From positions 160,001-224,000 of the forward strand of contig CBDATR010000034.1 of the NCBI GenBank assembly GCA_965200155.1: DNA of 64,000 bases, read 5' to 3'. The notes below the pieces were generated by a model. That model had not been told where the DNA came from, did not search any database, and was given only the letters and a program-made list of their open reading frames with translations. This document shows, piece after piece, positions 11,701 through 21,107 of the stretch; the stretch's first letter is position 1; the number at the start of each line of letters is the position of its first letter. The stretch is from Nitrosopumilaceae archaeon (lineage in GTDB: Archaea > Thermoproteota > Nitrososphaeria > Nitrososphaerales > Nitrosopumilaceae). Made by a program: the position numbers and the translations under genes.

Positions 11701-13667
11701 AGGACGAACAGGAAAAGATGCTGGAGGGAATCACCAAAGAGCTGGAGCAGCTGGACGCGGAAAAGTACGTACCCCAGGAGCAGCCTATAGCGAGGGAGGA
11801 GAACGAGAGTAGTACGGCGTATGTACGCAGACTGCAGAGCCTGCTACAGAGTTATGAAACCAAGTCAGAGAAGAAGAACAGTCTATTGCAGCAAAAGGAC
11901 GAACAGGAAAAGATGCTGGAGGGAATCACCAAAGAGCTGGAGCAGCTGGACGCGGAAAAGTACGTACCCCAGGAGCAGCCTATAGCGAGGGAGGAGAACG
12001 AGAGTAGTACGGCGTATGTACGCAGACTGCAGAGCCTGCTACAGAGTTATGAAACCAAGTCAGAGAAGAAGAACAGTCTATTGCAGCAAAAGGACGAACA
12101 GGAAAAGATGCTGGAGGGAATCACCAAAGAGCTGGAGCAGCTGGACGCGGAAAAGTACGTACCCCAGGAGCAGCCTATAGCGAGGGAGGAGAACGAGAGT
12201 AGTACGGCGTATGTACGCAGACTGCAGAGCCTGCTACAGAGTTATGAAACCAAGTCAGAGAAGAAGAACAGTCTATTGCAGCAAAAGGACGAACAGGAAA
12301 AGATGCTGGAGGGAATCACCAAAGAGCTGGAGCAGCTGGACGCGGAAAAGTACGTACCCCAGGAGCAGCCTATAGCGAGGGAGGAGAACGAGAGTAGTAC
12401 GGCGTATGTACGCAGACTGCAGAGCCTGCTACAGAGTTATGAAACCAAGTCAGAGAAGAAGAACAGTCTATTGCAGCAAAAGGACGAACAGGAAAAGATG
12501 CTGGAGGGAATCACCAAAGAGCTGGAGCAGCTGGACGCGGAAAAGTACGTACCCCAGGAGCAGCCTATAGCGAGGGAGGAGAACGAGAGTAGTACGGCGT
12601 ATGTACGCAGACTGCAGAGCCTGCTACAGAGTTATGAAACCAAGTCAGAGAAGAAGAACAGTCTATTGCAGCAAAAGGACGAACAGGAAAAGATGCTGGA
12701 GGGAATCACCAAAGAGCTGGAGCAGCTGGACGCGGAAAAGTACGTACCCCAGGAGCAGCCTATAGCGAGGGAGGAGAACGAGAGTAGTACGGCGTATGTA
12801 CGCAGACTGCAGAGCCTGCTACAGAGTTATGAAACAGACATTAGATACGTAAAAGAGCAGGAAGAGAGAAAAGAGAGCCTGGAATCGGACATTGACAAGG
12901 AGGAGACAAATCTGGTACAGTACAGGCAAGAGGATGAAAAACTGCAGGGTTCCCTGATAGAGGCAGAACGCCAACTGCAGGGACGCGATACACTGCAGAA
13001 GGATATTGATGAAAACGAAAAAGAGATGGATGAGGTCATGACCAGCCTGGAAAAAGAGAGGGACGAGGAATCCCGCATCAATGAGCGAATCAGTAATACA
13101 AAGTCAGTACTGGACAAGCTGGACACAGACATACAGGAGGCCAGAGTGTACAAGGCAGAGCACGACAAGTGCCAGGATTATGTGGAATGGCTGAACATGT
13201 ACTTTGTTCCCACGGTGGCGGCAATAGAGAGCAGGGTAATGGAGTCATTACGCTATGACTTTAACGACTCATATAGCGAATGGTACGCCACACTGGTGGA
13301 TGATCCCACCAAGAACTCGTACATAAACGAAAAGTTTGCGCCGGTACTGGAGCAGGACGGGTATCAACAGAATGTGGATTATCTGAGTGGTGGCGAGAAG
13401 ACAAGCGTGGCGCTGGCATACAGGCTGGCCATAAACAGTACAATGAGACGGCAGACCCAAGCCCTGAAATCCAATCTAATCATACTGGACGAGCCCACCG
13501 ACGGCTTTTCCCGGGAACAAATGAACAAGGTCCGGGTAATACTGGAGTCCCTAAAGTCACAGCAGGTAATCATGGTATCCCACGAAAAGGAACTGGAAGG
13601 GTATGTAGATCACGTGTTCCAGATCACCAAGAATGAGGGTGTATCATCCGTGCAAAGAATACGCTAG
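8778..13667 (+). CDS. rad50: Rad50 ATPase with tandem-repeat-expanded coiled coils (1629 aa)
   Basis: Walker A GDVGAGKS, Q-loop TPQEE, zinc hook CDYC (11097-11108), signature LSGGE, Walker B ILDEPT, H-loop VSH. Confidence 0.95.
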   Translation: MLIKKIALENIRSYPKLHLDMPTGYVLLEGDVGAGKSTILMAIEFALFGLGEMKPDSLISKGKSRGEVALTFEVDGIQYEVGRTLLSKNGKINQDPKGAYLSVDGQREPLTASDLKSRILQVLNFREPSGPRSHSRVYRYAVYTPQEEIKAILGNDASREEAIRRAFGIEDYETVVNNAKTLRQKFSTDRAELSGRFAKLEEYCGEQESQKTALVEMEDSLEEIFKNKNIYAAQIAQAKARQSILSQQMDDMTRIDAERNHTKREIGRYNGMIDDCKDRLEKDRADLVHVNQELDQRGSPQCPTSVSAGELQESLEKIESEEKSILSKEADDKNCRSRISDIEEELGEIGILECPTSVSAGELQESLEKIESEEKSILSKEADDKNCRSRISDIEEELGEIGILECPTSVSAGELQESLEKIESEEKSILSKEADDKNCRSRISDIEEELGEIGILECPTSVSAGELQESLEKIESEEKSILSKEADDKNCRSRISDIEEELGEIGILECPTSVSAGELQESLEKIESEEKSILSKEADDKNCRSRISDIEEELGEIGILECPTSVSAGELQESLEKIESEEKSILSKEADDKNCRSRISDIEEELGEIGILECPTSVSAGELQESLEKIESEEKSILSKEADDKNCRSRISDIEEELGEIGILECPTSVSAGELQARLEDIERVERNILSKESEARACVVKIKQLSGKIGERTLESILNEISSLEKGIENHERNMSMYEGNLRNHSVLMGSISNTIHTLEDILDKTKDLGGRCDYCDSTLDEKYVAELQSKRRDKLNEARQEKESIARKISQNTKSREDAMLQLNRHRITLKECQEAQVHAMQKRDQGWMLEGITKELEQLDAEKYVPQEQPIAREENESSTAYVRRLQSLLQSYETKSEKKNSLLQQKDEQEKMLEGITKELEQLDAEKYVPQEQPIAREENESSTAYVRRLQSLLQSYETKSEKKNSLLQQKDEQEKMLEGITKELEQLDAEKYVPQEQPIAREENESSTAYVRRLQSLLQSYETKSEKKNSLLQQKDEQEKMLEGITKELEQLDAEKYVPQEQPIAREENESSTAYVRRLQSLLQSYETKSEKKNSLLQQKDEQEKMLEGITKELEQLDAEKYVPQEQPIAREENESSTAYVRRLQSLLQSYETKSEKKNSLLQQKDEQEKMLEGITKELEQLDAEKYVPQEQPIAREENESSTAYVRRLQSLLQSYETKSEKKNSLLQQKDEQEKMLEGITKELEQLDAEKYVPQEQPIAREENESSTAYVRRLQSLLQSYETKSEKKNSLLQQKDEQEKMLEGITKELEQLDAEKYVPQEQPIAREENESSTAYVRRLQSLLQSYETDIRYVKEQEERKESLESDIDKEETNLVQYRQEDEKLQGSLIEAERQLQGRDTLQKDIDENEKEMDEVMTSLEKERDEESRINERISNTKSVLDKLDTDIQEARVYKAEHDKCQDYVEWLNMYFVPTVAAIESRVMESLRYDFNDSYSEWYATLVDDPTKNSYINEKFAPVLEQDGYQQNVDYLSGGEKTSVALAYRLAINSTMRRQTQALKSNLIILDEPTDGFSREQMNKVRVILESLKSQQVIMVSHEKELEGYVDHVFQITKNEGVSSVQRIR
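9681..10806 (+). repeat. Coding tandem repeat, 156 nt/52 aa, 7 full copies plus partial 8th
   Basis: Unit starts at 9681, 9837, 9993, 10149, 10305, 10461, 10617, 10773; identical except two synonymous changes at the start of copy 1. Confidence 0.97.
11328..12835 (+). repeat. Coding tandem repeat, 195 nt/65 aa, 7 full copies plus partial 8th
   Basis: Unit starts at 11328, 11523, 11718, 11913, 12108, 12303, 12498, 12693; copies appear identical. Confidence 0.97.
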
Positions 13668-13784
13668 AACCGCAAACAAGTCAGACTTTTCCCGTACACC
13701 ACGTATGGCAGGCTCACCGGTAATGCAGGGACGGACTGCTGTTTACTACGTATCCTAATATAACAGGAAAATAATGCACCAATC

Positions 13785-14273
13785 ATGCAAGCTGTTACCG
13801 AGGATCGTCTTGCACTGTTCGCAGAGATGGAGAAAAAGTACGAGGAGAAGGAATCCCAGTACTTTGTAGGCTTGCTGGATCATGAAGATTTTGTGGTGAG
13901 GACACGAGCCACATGCATACTGGTAGACTTTGGCGGTGAGGACAAGGTGCCCCACATAGCACGAGTGTTAAAGAATGATGACAACGAGCTGGTGAGGCAC
14001 GAGGCGGCATTCTCGCTGGGGCAGATGTCTTACTCCAGTGGGGTGGAGGCGCTAGTGGATGCTACATTGAATGATGAAAGCATGTTTGTGAGGCACGAGG
14101 CGGCCATTGCACTGGGTGTTATAGGATCAGATGCATCCCAGGAGGCTTTAGTTAAGGCGCTGGATGATCCTGACAAGCCGGTCTCAGAATCAGCCATTGT
14201 GGCACTGTCCAATATTGCATTCATGAGAGATATCAGTCGCAACGAACAGTTTGCTAAACTTACGGGGGGATAA
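13785..14273 (+). CDS. HEAT/PBS-lyase repeat protein
   Basis: Repeated VRHEAAF/IALG motifs. Confidence 0.85.
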   Translation: MQAVTEDRLALFAEMEKKYEEKESQYFVGLLDHEDFVVRTRATCILVDFGGEDKVPHIARVLKNDDNELVRHEAAFSLGQMSYSSGVEALVDATLNDESMFVRHEAAIALGVIGSDASQEALVKALDDPDKPVSESAIVALSNIAFMRDISRNEQFAKLTGG

Positions 14274-14274
14274 G

Positions 14275-14367
14275 GTGGACTTTTCAGTTGGCATAATTGC
14301 GGCAGTAGGCGTACTTGTTGCGGCCATACTGGGGCTGATAGCCATGTCCCCGGGTGCCCTGCCATAA
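14275..14367 (+). CDS. 30-aa single-TM peptide (MDFSVGIIAAVGVLVAAILGLIAMSPGALP)
   Basis: GTG start 1 nt after the upstream stop; hydrophobic helix; too short for the ORF track. Confidence 0.45.
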   Translation: MDFSVGIIAAVGVLVAAILGLIAMSPGALP

Positions 14368-14407
14368 GTCATTAGGTATTTAGTACCTGCTGAAATAAGC
14401 ACAAGCA

Positions 14408-15067
14408 TTGTCTGCCATAATAGGCCAAAAGGCGCCAGAGATACAGGTGTCCCAATGGGTCCAGGGTATACCCACCACACTGGCGCAGGAGAAAGACAGG
14501 ATAGTGCTGATTGAGGTATTCCAGGTGAACTGTCCCGGATGCTTTTTGTACGGAATACCCGAGGCCATAAACATCTACAACCAGTACAAGGACGAGGGGA
14601 TCAGGGTGCTGGGCATAGCAACGGCATTTGAGGATTTTGACAAGAATACGCCGGAGAATCTCCGGGCCCTGGCAGAGAGCGGCAAGGTCATTGGGGAAAC
14701 CGAACGCGCCCTGCAGCAGTATGGGCAGCTGCAAAATGGCATTCTCCCATACAAGATACCATTTCCACTGGCTGCGGACAATCTCATAAAGACAGAAGGT
14801 AACATAGATGACGGCAAGGTCATATCATTCATCAAGAGTCAGCTGCCGGGATTTGACTCGGAGAGTCCGGACAGGCAGAGGCAGCTGATTCAGCGGGTTA
14901 GAAATTACATGCTCTCCAAGGAGTATTCGGCCCAGACCTTTGAGACATATGGGTTGCAGGGGACACCCTCAACTATAGTGGTGGACCGGCAGGGCATACT
15001 CAGAGATGTTACGTTCGGCCAGACCGGTAGCATAGAGTCAAAGATCAAGGTCCTCTTAAGGGACTAG
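14408..15067 (+). CDS. Thioredoxin-fold (TlpA/AhpC-TSA-like) protein
   Basis: FQVNCPGC CxxC motif; GTPSTIVVDRQG. Confidence 0.85.
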   Translation: MSAIIGQKAPEIQVSQWVQGIPTTLAQEKDRIVLIEVFQVNCPGCFLYGIPEAINIYNQYKDEGIRVLGIATAFEDFDKNTPENLRALAESGKVIGETERALQQYGQLQNGILPYKIPFPLAADNLIKTEGNIDDGKVISFIKSQLPGFDSESPDRQRQLIQRVRNYMLSKEYSAQTFETYGLQGTPSTIVVDRQGILRDVTFGQTGSIESKIKVLLRD

Positions 15068-15136
15068 CGCGCGTCCTTTCCAACAACGTGTAATTATTAC
15101 AATAGGTCGTGCGTGAATTTAGAAGTAAACTTGTAG

Positions 15137-15586
15137 CTATAGGGCAAATCGCTTCTTCATACTAGCATCCTTGTATATTCGTGGATGAGACGTATCGGCC
15201 AGTATAACCTCGAACCACTGATGAATGCCGTCCCGGTATACAAAGTATGATCCCAGCAGGCTCATATTTGGATATCTCTCCAAGACCCGGTTCTCCGCCA
15301 CTTTTTGCATGTTTATGTCTGCCTTTATCTTGGTTACACCTAGGTGTTTTGGACGCCTTCCTCCCCTAGGTCTCTGCTTTCTCATTCCGCCTACGCCAAC
15401 ACGCATGCGTATAACTACGATGCCGTTCTTTGCCTTGTATCCCAGCCGTCTTGCACGTTGCAGTCTGCTGGGTCGCTCTATACGGGTTATGGCATTCTGC
15501 TTTCGCCATTCTACTATCCGCTGTCTCAGCTCGGGAGCATTTGTGCGCCACAACTTGGCCCAAGTGGAATCCTGGTAACTCACCAT
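15137..15586 (-). CDS. rpl15e: 50S ribosomal protein L15e
   Basis: RARRLGYKAK, GGRRPK and FEVILAD motifs. Confidence 0.95.
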   Translation of the reverse strand: MVSYQDSTWAKLWRTNAPELRQRIVEWRKQNAITRIERPSRLQRARRLGYKAKNGIVVIRMRVGVGGMRKQRPRGGRRPKHLGVTKIKADINMQKVAENRVLERYPNMSLLGSYFVYRDGIHQWFEVILADTSHPRIYKDASMKKRFAL

Positions 15587-15711
15587 GATGGTATATCGAC
15601 TCTAGTCCCATTATTAATTCATGCTTCCGGCGACAGGTACAGCAAGTTCCAAAAAGTCAGGCATGGTCATCCCATATGTTCCCGGGACCAAAATCTAAAG
15701 TTCCATGAATA

Positions 15712-17224
15712 TAGCGGTCACCATAAGTCTTTGATTTTCATGGCACCTCGTTCCTGGACAGTACCTGGCTTTGGCTTGTCACCATTATTCCCGCCCTGAC
15801 GCCTCCGGACGACACGCTCTGCCGCCCCATACAGGATGTTCCATGCCGCGTTGATATAGGCGTGAAATTCCTGGTTACATATTGAAAGTGTCCCTAGTTG
15901 ATCGTGATTTGTCGTCAACGTGTCCACACACGTGACAGGTCTGGCTTGTGTATTTCACTGGCACAGCCTCCAATTCAATCCCCAGTGCCTCGCACTTTTG
16001 TACTACTTTCCGGCGGAACTCGCCTACCCGGTTCTCGCGCATGGAACGGTTCATTGCTCTTTTCCGGTTCCCGCCATGACTGGTCATTGCTTTCGGTGAT
16101 AAATCCTCTAGTACTACCTTGTCCACACCTTTGATGATCGCGTGGACCATTCTATTCGTGGAGTCGTTCGCGATATTATTCGCTTTCTGTCTTAGTCGAG
16201 TGATTTGTTTCTCAATCTTTCGCTTCCTGCGCTTACCCTTTCGCGTTCTAATACTCTGGAATGCGCTAATCTCCCGCAATATGGAACAATGTCTCATGTT
16301 ATGAATAATCGTTATGCCATTCGTGTCAGCTGTTACAGCTAGATGTTTCCCGCCGACATCCACGCAGCAAACAACGCCGGTCGGTAGGTGGTGTCTCCCG
16401 TATATTGATGTGAATCTCGAATTAACGTTCCCTGTTCTTGTCAACTCGTTCCACTATACTGAATGGGCGCATGTTCAAGGAACGATCGATTGGTTTGGTT
16501 GTTCTCACCACACCAATACCCGGCAGGTATAGTTCGTGAGAACCGCGCCTTATCGGCGGACTTACATAAGACAGTATTACTCTATCATTGTCACGCCGGT
16601 GTGGTATGTAATTAGAATGATCCTCGTACGCCCGCCTGCACGCGACAGACGCCTGTAGTATGGCGTCCAGACCATAGTTAGAGGGTAACTCGCGCACCCA
16701 CTCCAGATCACGGCGCCAATTTGTCAATTCCAGGAACAAACCATTCTTGTTGGACGGGTAAACCGTCTCTTGATGACCGTTCTAGAACGCGGTAGCTGAT
16801 TCACGGTATGAGTTCACCTGTGTCTAAATTTACGCATAACTGATGGAACAGGTTGTTCTAGTTAATGTGATTTGTGCACAAGATTCCGGAAGACGTGAAC
16901 TCATATGATTCACGTATAATGAATCACAGACCATATGGTGACTTGGCGGACTCGTTCTTATTCTTGACCTTGGCCGGATCATGCTTCAATTCAAGAGTGG
17001 TTCCAGGTATGTAGTAACCGCCCAGCGTGATCTCGGACACCGCTCTATTATAGACATAATCGGATGTGTAACCAAACATCTTGGCGCGCCGGGAGAACTC
17101 CTTATCATTCTTCAACGGTATAATGACGGTCTGAATTATGTCATCCATCATCTGGCGATTCTACTCTAGTAGTGGTTCTATATAGTACGGTCCTATACCC
17201 GGCAAAGACTTATGGTGGGCGCTA
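15712..17224 (-). mobile_element. tnpB: TIR-bounded element carrying a frameshifted tnpB (copy 1)
   Basis: RuvC-I VDVG, RuvC-II VLEDL, CHVC zinc finger, INAAWNIL; 22-bp TIR (20/22) flanked by TA on both sides. Confidence 0.8.
16806..16906. mobile_element. MITE-A in tnpB
   Basis: TSD GATTCACG. Confidence 0.9.
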
Positions 17225-17327
17225 TACAATGAGTATTGTTCGGGGTTAGGGCGCTATAAAATATCATAATGAGGAAAGGTCACCATAGCATCCCTCCTTG
17301 GGGTAAGGTAAACGCCCACACCACATA

Positions 17328-17537
17328 TCACGCCGCAACAGCATCGTGTGATTCCACAAATATGACGCTTAATAGATCCCTGCTACTACGCTTGTTTATT
17401 GTGTCATAGCTGGTATTATGCCGGTTTTTGAGATGCGCCTTGCGGGATTTAATACCATACTCCCGGCACAGTCTGCAAAAGTATGTAGTTTTACGCTCTG
17501 CCCTAGGTCTGGCTTGGTCATACGCAACGCTCATCAT
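17328..17537 (-). CDS. Small C2H2-like zinc-finger protein
   Basis: CRLC...HLKNRH. Confidence 0.55.
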   Translation of the reverse strand: MMSVAYDQARPRAERKTTYFCRLCREYGIKSRKAHLKNRHNTSYDTINKRSSRDLLSVIFVESHDAVAA

Positions 17538-17678
17538 TACTAATTTATGGCATAGTAGATTTTAATGTTGTCATATATCTTACATTTTGTAATACAATTC
17601 CGCCATCATGTATTAAACCTATAAACCGCAGGACAAGACAAACCCAATCGATTTAAGGCGGCAGTATACACCACATGC

Positions 17679-18281
17679 ATGCTCATCAAGATATGCTGTA
17701 TGGCGCTAGCGGCAGTTGTATCTGCGGCATACGGGGATCCCCTGGAGGTGCATACAACGCAGGAGACATATACGTACGGAGAATATCTGAATATAATCAT
17801 ACAGGTGGAGGAGATAAGCGAACCTGTTGCCATACTAACCATACAGGATATGGAGGGCAAACCCAGTGCGCCCATACAGGTACCACTGCAAGGGCTGAAT
17901 ACCACATTTCCCGCAACATTCCCCTTTGATCTTGAGTATCCCGCAGGCCAGTACAGGATACAGGCAGAGTATTCTGGTTACACGGCAGAGACAGTCTTTG
18001 AGCTTGTAGAGACCGATGGCATAGTGATTCCCAACCTAATTCGGCAGGTCGCCATTTACTGGATTAGTGGCCAGGTATCCGGGGAGGTGTATACTGATAT
18101 TTTGGCAGAATTGTCGGATCAGGGTATCCTGACTATTCCGGATACGCAGTTGCAGGGAACCATACCTGCATGGGTTATGATACCTACTGTGTTATGGTTA
18201 CAGGATCTAATAGACAATAGCACATATGTCAATCTCATTCAGTACTTGGTAGATCAAGGCATCATAATAGTAGGCGCGTAA
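17679..18281 (+). CDS. Secreted protein with thaumarchaeal-type C-terminal IPxW domain
   Basis: Signal peptide; IPAWV...IQYLVDQGII. Confidence 0.7.
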   Translation: MLIKICCMALAAVVSAAYGDPLEVHTTQETYTYGEYLNIIIQVEEISEPVAILTIQDMEGKPSAPIQVPLQGLNTTFPATFPFDLEYPAGQYRIQAEYSGYTAETVFELVETDGIVIPNLIRQVAIYWISGQVSGEVYTDILAELSDQGILTIPDTQLQGTIPAWVMIPTVLWLQDLIDNSTYVNLIQYLVDQGIIIVGA

Positions 18282-18548
18282 GAACCACACAAACAGTACG
18301 TGACTGCGCCCACCGGCTTTGGCAAATATCACCCATTATGAGCGACCCTGCATACATGCGTCATTCTGTAACCGCACAGAATATACCAGGTACAAGTTCA
18401 TTCCCAATCGCGATCAGCCGTGTAAACGCCGGTTAACTCATACGATGGCTTGCAGTACAAGGAATACGCCATTTCATGATGCCGCATATGAATTCAGAAA
18501 TACAGGCAGAGTCATTCATGTGAAAAATCAATGCTACGCCAACCGACT

Positions 18549-19607
18549 TGTAATGTATGAAAAGTCGGTCCGCTAGTCATTGGCATCCCGCTCCATCCAT
18601 TTTACATTATTTGCCCTAATTGCCTGGGTCGCCTTTTTATTCCTGAAGCGATGTTTCGTCGTTATCTATATCTAGTGAGAAGTGCAATCTTCTCTCATTG
18701 TAGTAGTCAACATAATCCCGGAGACTGTCATAATGCCATATCTCATTGGACTCTTAAATAAGAGTCCCCTCGTCCTCAATCATTCCATGGAAGCGCTCCA
18801 GTTGTATGAGTTCACCTGTGTCTAAATTTACGCATAACTGATCGCGACAGTTAAAGAACCGGTTCTTTTGTGCATAAGATTCCGGAAGACGTGAACTCAT
18901 ACCTCCAGTTTGCCATTTGTCTACGGGTGGTATGGTCTGGAATTGATTAGTATGATGTCTTGATTCAGCAGTTCTTCCTAGAATAGTGGGTTTCCAGTTC
19001 TTTTTGCCCTTTTATTGTCCTACGAAACACGCGCCGTTATCCGAGATGCAGGGGCGCCGAATCGTTTCATTGACAGTCTCAGTAATAGAGTGGCGTTCTC
19101 TGAGGTTGCATGCTAGAATAGTGCAGCTCCGACTATACACCTGGATGCATCATCTATGAGATTCAGTCCCCTGAAGCGCTCATCTTTTCATGACATGGCA
19201 GTGCCACATTGCATTGGAATATTTACGCTCATAGCGTACCCACTCTGATTTGTGATGAGACTGTCGTGCCGTTCTTTTTCATTATGCGATATACTGCGCG
19301 ATATGTATTATGTCTAAGCCTCTTTGCAATACGTACTACTCCGGCGGGATCCTTGCTGTATGCTTCAGTTACCATTCGTATCTGGGTGGCGGTGATTGGT
19401 ATCATGGGCCTGCCCATCTTTACTCGAGTCGTTCCCGTCCTCTGGTTCACAATCTTCGTACGTGTCTTGTTTCGGGTCTTGAGCTATATTGGTTGTGGCA
19501 ACGCCTCTTTTGTCTTGATTCCTCTGTTATTCTCTTTACCATCTGGCTTGTGCAATCTGAACTACTGTACGCCGGATCCTAAGCGGACTTACTTTTCGTA
19601 CTATTGA
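18549..19607 (-). mobile_element. IS481-like copy C (contains MITE-A 18804-18902, TSD CTCCAGTT)
   Basis: Reverse complement of copy B. Confidence 0.9.
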
Positions 19608-19662
19608 GATTATAGATAAACGGCGGTTAAGTTATATGTATCGTGTAATTTTCTTTACTGTA

Positions 19663-21057
19663 ATGAAAAAACGAGTTAGCATGGTGCTCACTGCGGCAGT
19701 TGTTGCTGTTGTGGGCGCTGCACTAATTGGTAGTACTTTTACTCAGTCTCAATTGTCCACCGCGACCTCTGATCCTCATGTTATGGATCAAATTCGCGCA
19801 ATGGGCGGACTCCAACTGGTTATGCCCGAGGCATTTGCGGATGTCACATGTGATAACATAGATACCACCGGACGTACAGTGGTAGAGTTCAATTTGACTG
19901 GTGAATCAGTAGAGCTGCCAATTATGGGTGGAAATACCTATCAGGCAATGACCTTTAGTGGTCAAGTACCTGGTCCCACACTCAGAGTAACCCAAGGTGA
20001 TGTGGTAATGATGACCCTTACTATACCTGCTGATGAGCTTACGGCTCACGGTAATGACATGCACTCAAGTCAGATGTCATCTGCCAACTTTGGTGCAGTC
20101 TGGCCCGGATCTTCCGAGACATACTGCTACATTGCAGAATCCGCGGGTGTCTTCAAGTACCACTGTTCCGGAATTGATCTGGCTGCCATGGACCAGCACG
20201 TACTGTCTGGCATGTATGGTATCGCCATTGTTGATCCACTGGATGGTTACAAGAAGCTGATGGTAGAAAAGACCAAAGTCGTTAACGGCGAGGTAGTCTT
20301 GGATAGGATGATATATGATGCTGATGCACTGGAGTTCCAACTTCAATACAATCAGCTCTATCTGACTGAGGCTGGCACCTATGACATGGTCGCGATGATG
20401 GGTCACCAGAATACCGGTACTGTGGTAAATGGTATGCAGTTTGGCTATGTGCCTAATGGCGTACACAACTTGCTCATTAACGGTGACATGGGAAGCAACA
20501 TATTCGTGGCTCAGCCATGGAATGGTCTTGATCTAGAACAGTACCAATCCCAGCTACTATACGTTGAGACCGGTCAGCATGTCCGAATATTTGTGGAGAA
20601 CCAGGGTAATGAATCAGTATTCTTCCACATTGTAGGTGAGATACTGGACAGGGTTACCCAGGGTAACCGTGTAGTATCTGCCGCAACCGAGACATGGAAC
20701 TTGGGTGGCTCACAGAACATGATAGTAGATCTGGTCTTTGATGTTCCAGGTACCTATGCAGCAGTGAACCACGACTATGCAGCAATCTACTCTGGCGCGG
20801 CTACAGTATTTGTAGCAGGTGATCCCTTCGGCCTAAATGAGCGTCTAATGGATGCTGGTGTCCTTACTGAGCCGGTTCCATCATACGCATATGTACTGGG
20901 CAATCCCAGCGATGCAGTTCCGCCCATGGGTATGAACAGTATTGCTCATCCTGCCATTAACATACACGGTTTGTACACAGATGAGGTAGTGGAGCAAAAG
21001 AGAAGCGAGGGCGCACTAGCACTCTGGGAAATCGTTCCTACACTACCACCAATCTAG
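19663..21057 (+). CDS. nirK: Copper-containing nitrite reductase (AOA type)
   Basis: VPGPTLRVTQGD, HGNDMH, FKYHC, HVLSGMYG, FFHIVGE and AVNHDY Cu-ligand motifs; N-terminal TM. Confidence 0.92.
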   Translation: MKKRVSMVLTAAVVAVVGAALIGSTFTQSQLSTATSDPHVMDQIRAMGGLQLVMPEAFADVTCDNIDTTGRTVVEFNLTGESVELPIMGGNTYQAMTFSGQVPGPTLRVTQGDVVMMTLTIPADELTAHGNDMHSSQMSSANFGAVWPGSSETYCYIAESAGVFKYHCSGIDLAAMDQHVLSGMYGIAIVDPLDGYKKLMVEKTKVVNGEVVLDRMIYDADALEFQLQYNQLYLTEAGTYDMVAMMGHQNTGTVVNGMQFGYVPNGVHNLLINGDMGSNIFVAQPWNGLDLEQYQSQLLYVETGQHVRIFVENQGNESVFFHIVGEILDRVTQGNRVVSAATETWNLGGSQNMIVDLVFDVPGTYAAVNHDYAAIYSGAATVFVAGDPFGLNERLMDAGVLTEPVPSYAYVLGNPSDAVPPMGMNSIAHPAINIHGLYTDEVVEQKRSEGALALWEIVPTLPPI

Positions 21058-21107
21058 ACATTTTCATTTTTTATATGATTATATACTACTATTCTGGGTA
21101 GACATAC

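Noticed and set aside
9681-12835. Long exact repeats as a CRISPR array or non-coding satellite
   Set aside because: No spacers; unit lengths are multiples of three and in frame within rad50.
19209-19607. Hydrophobic ORFs (…LPIFTRVVPVLWFTIF…) recurring in several places
   Set aside because: Antisense translation of the IS481 derivative, not a membrane-protein family.
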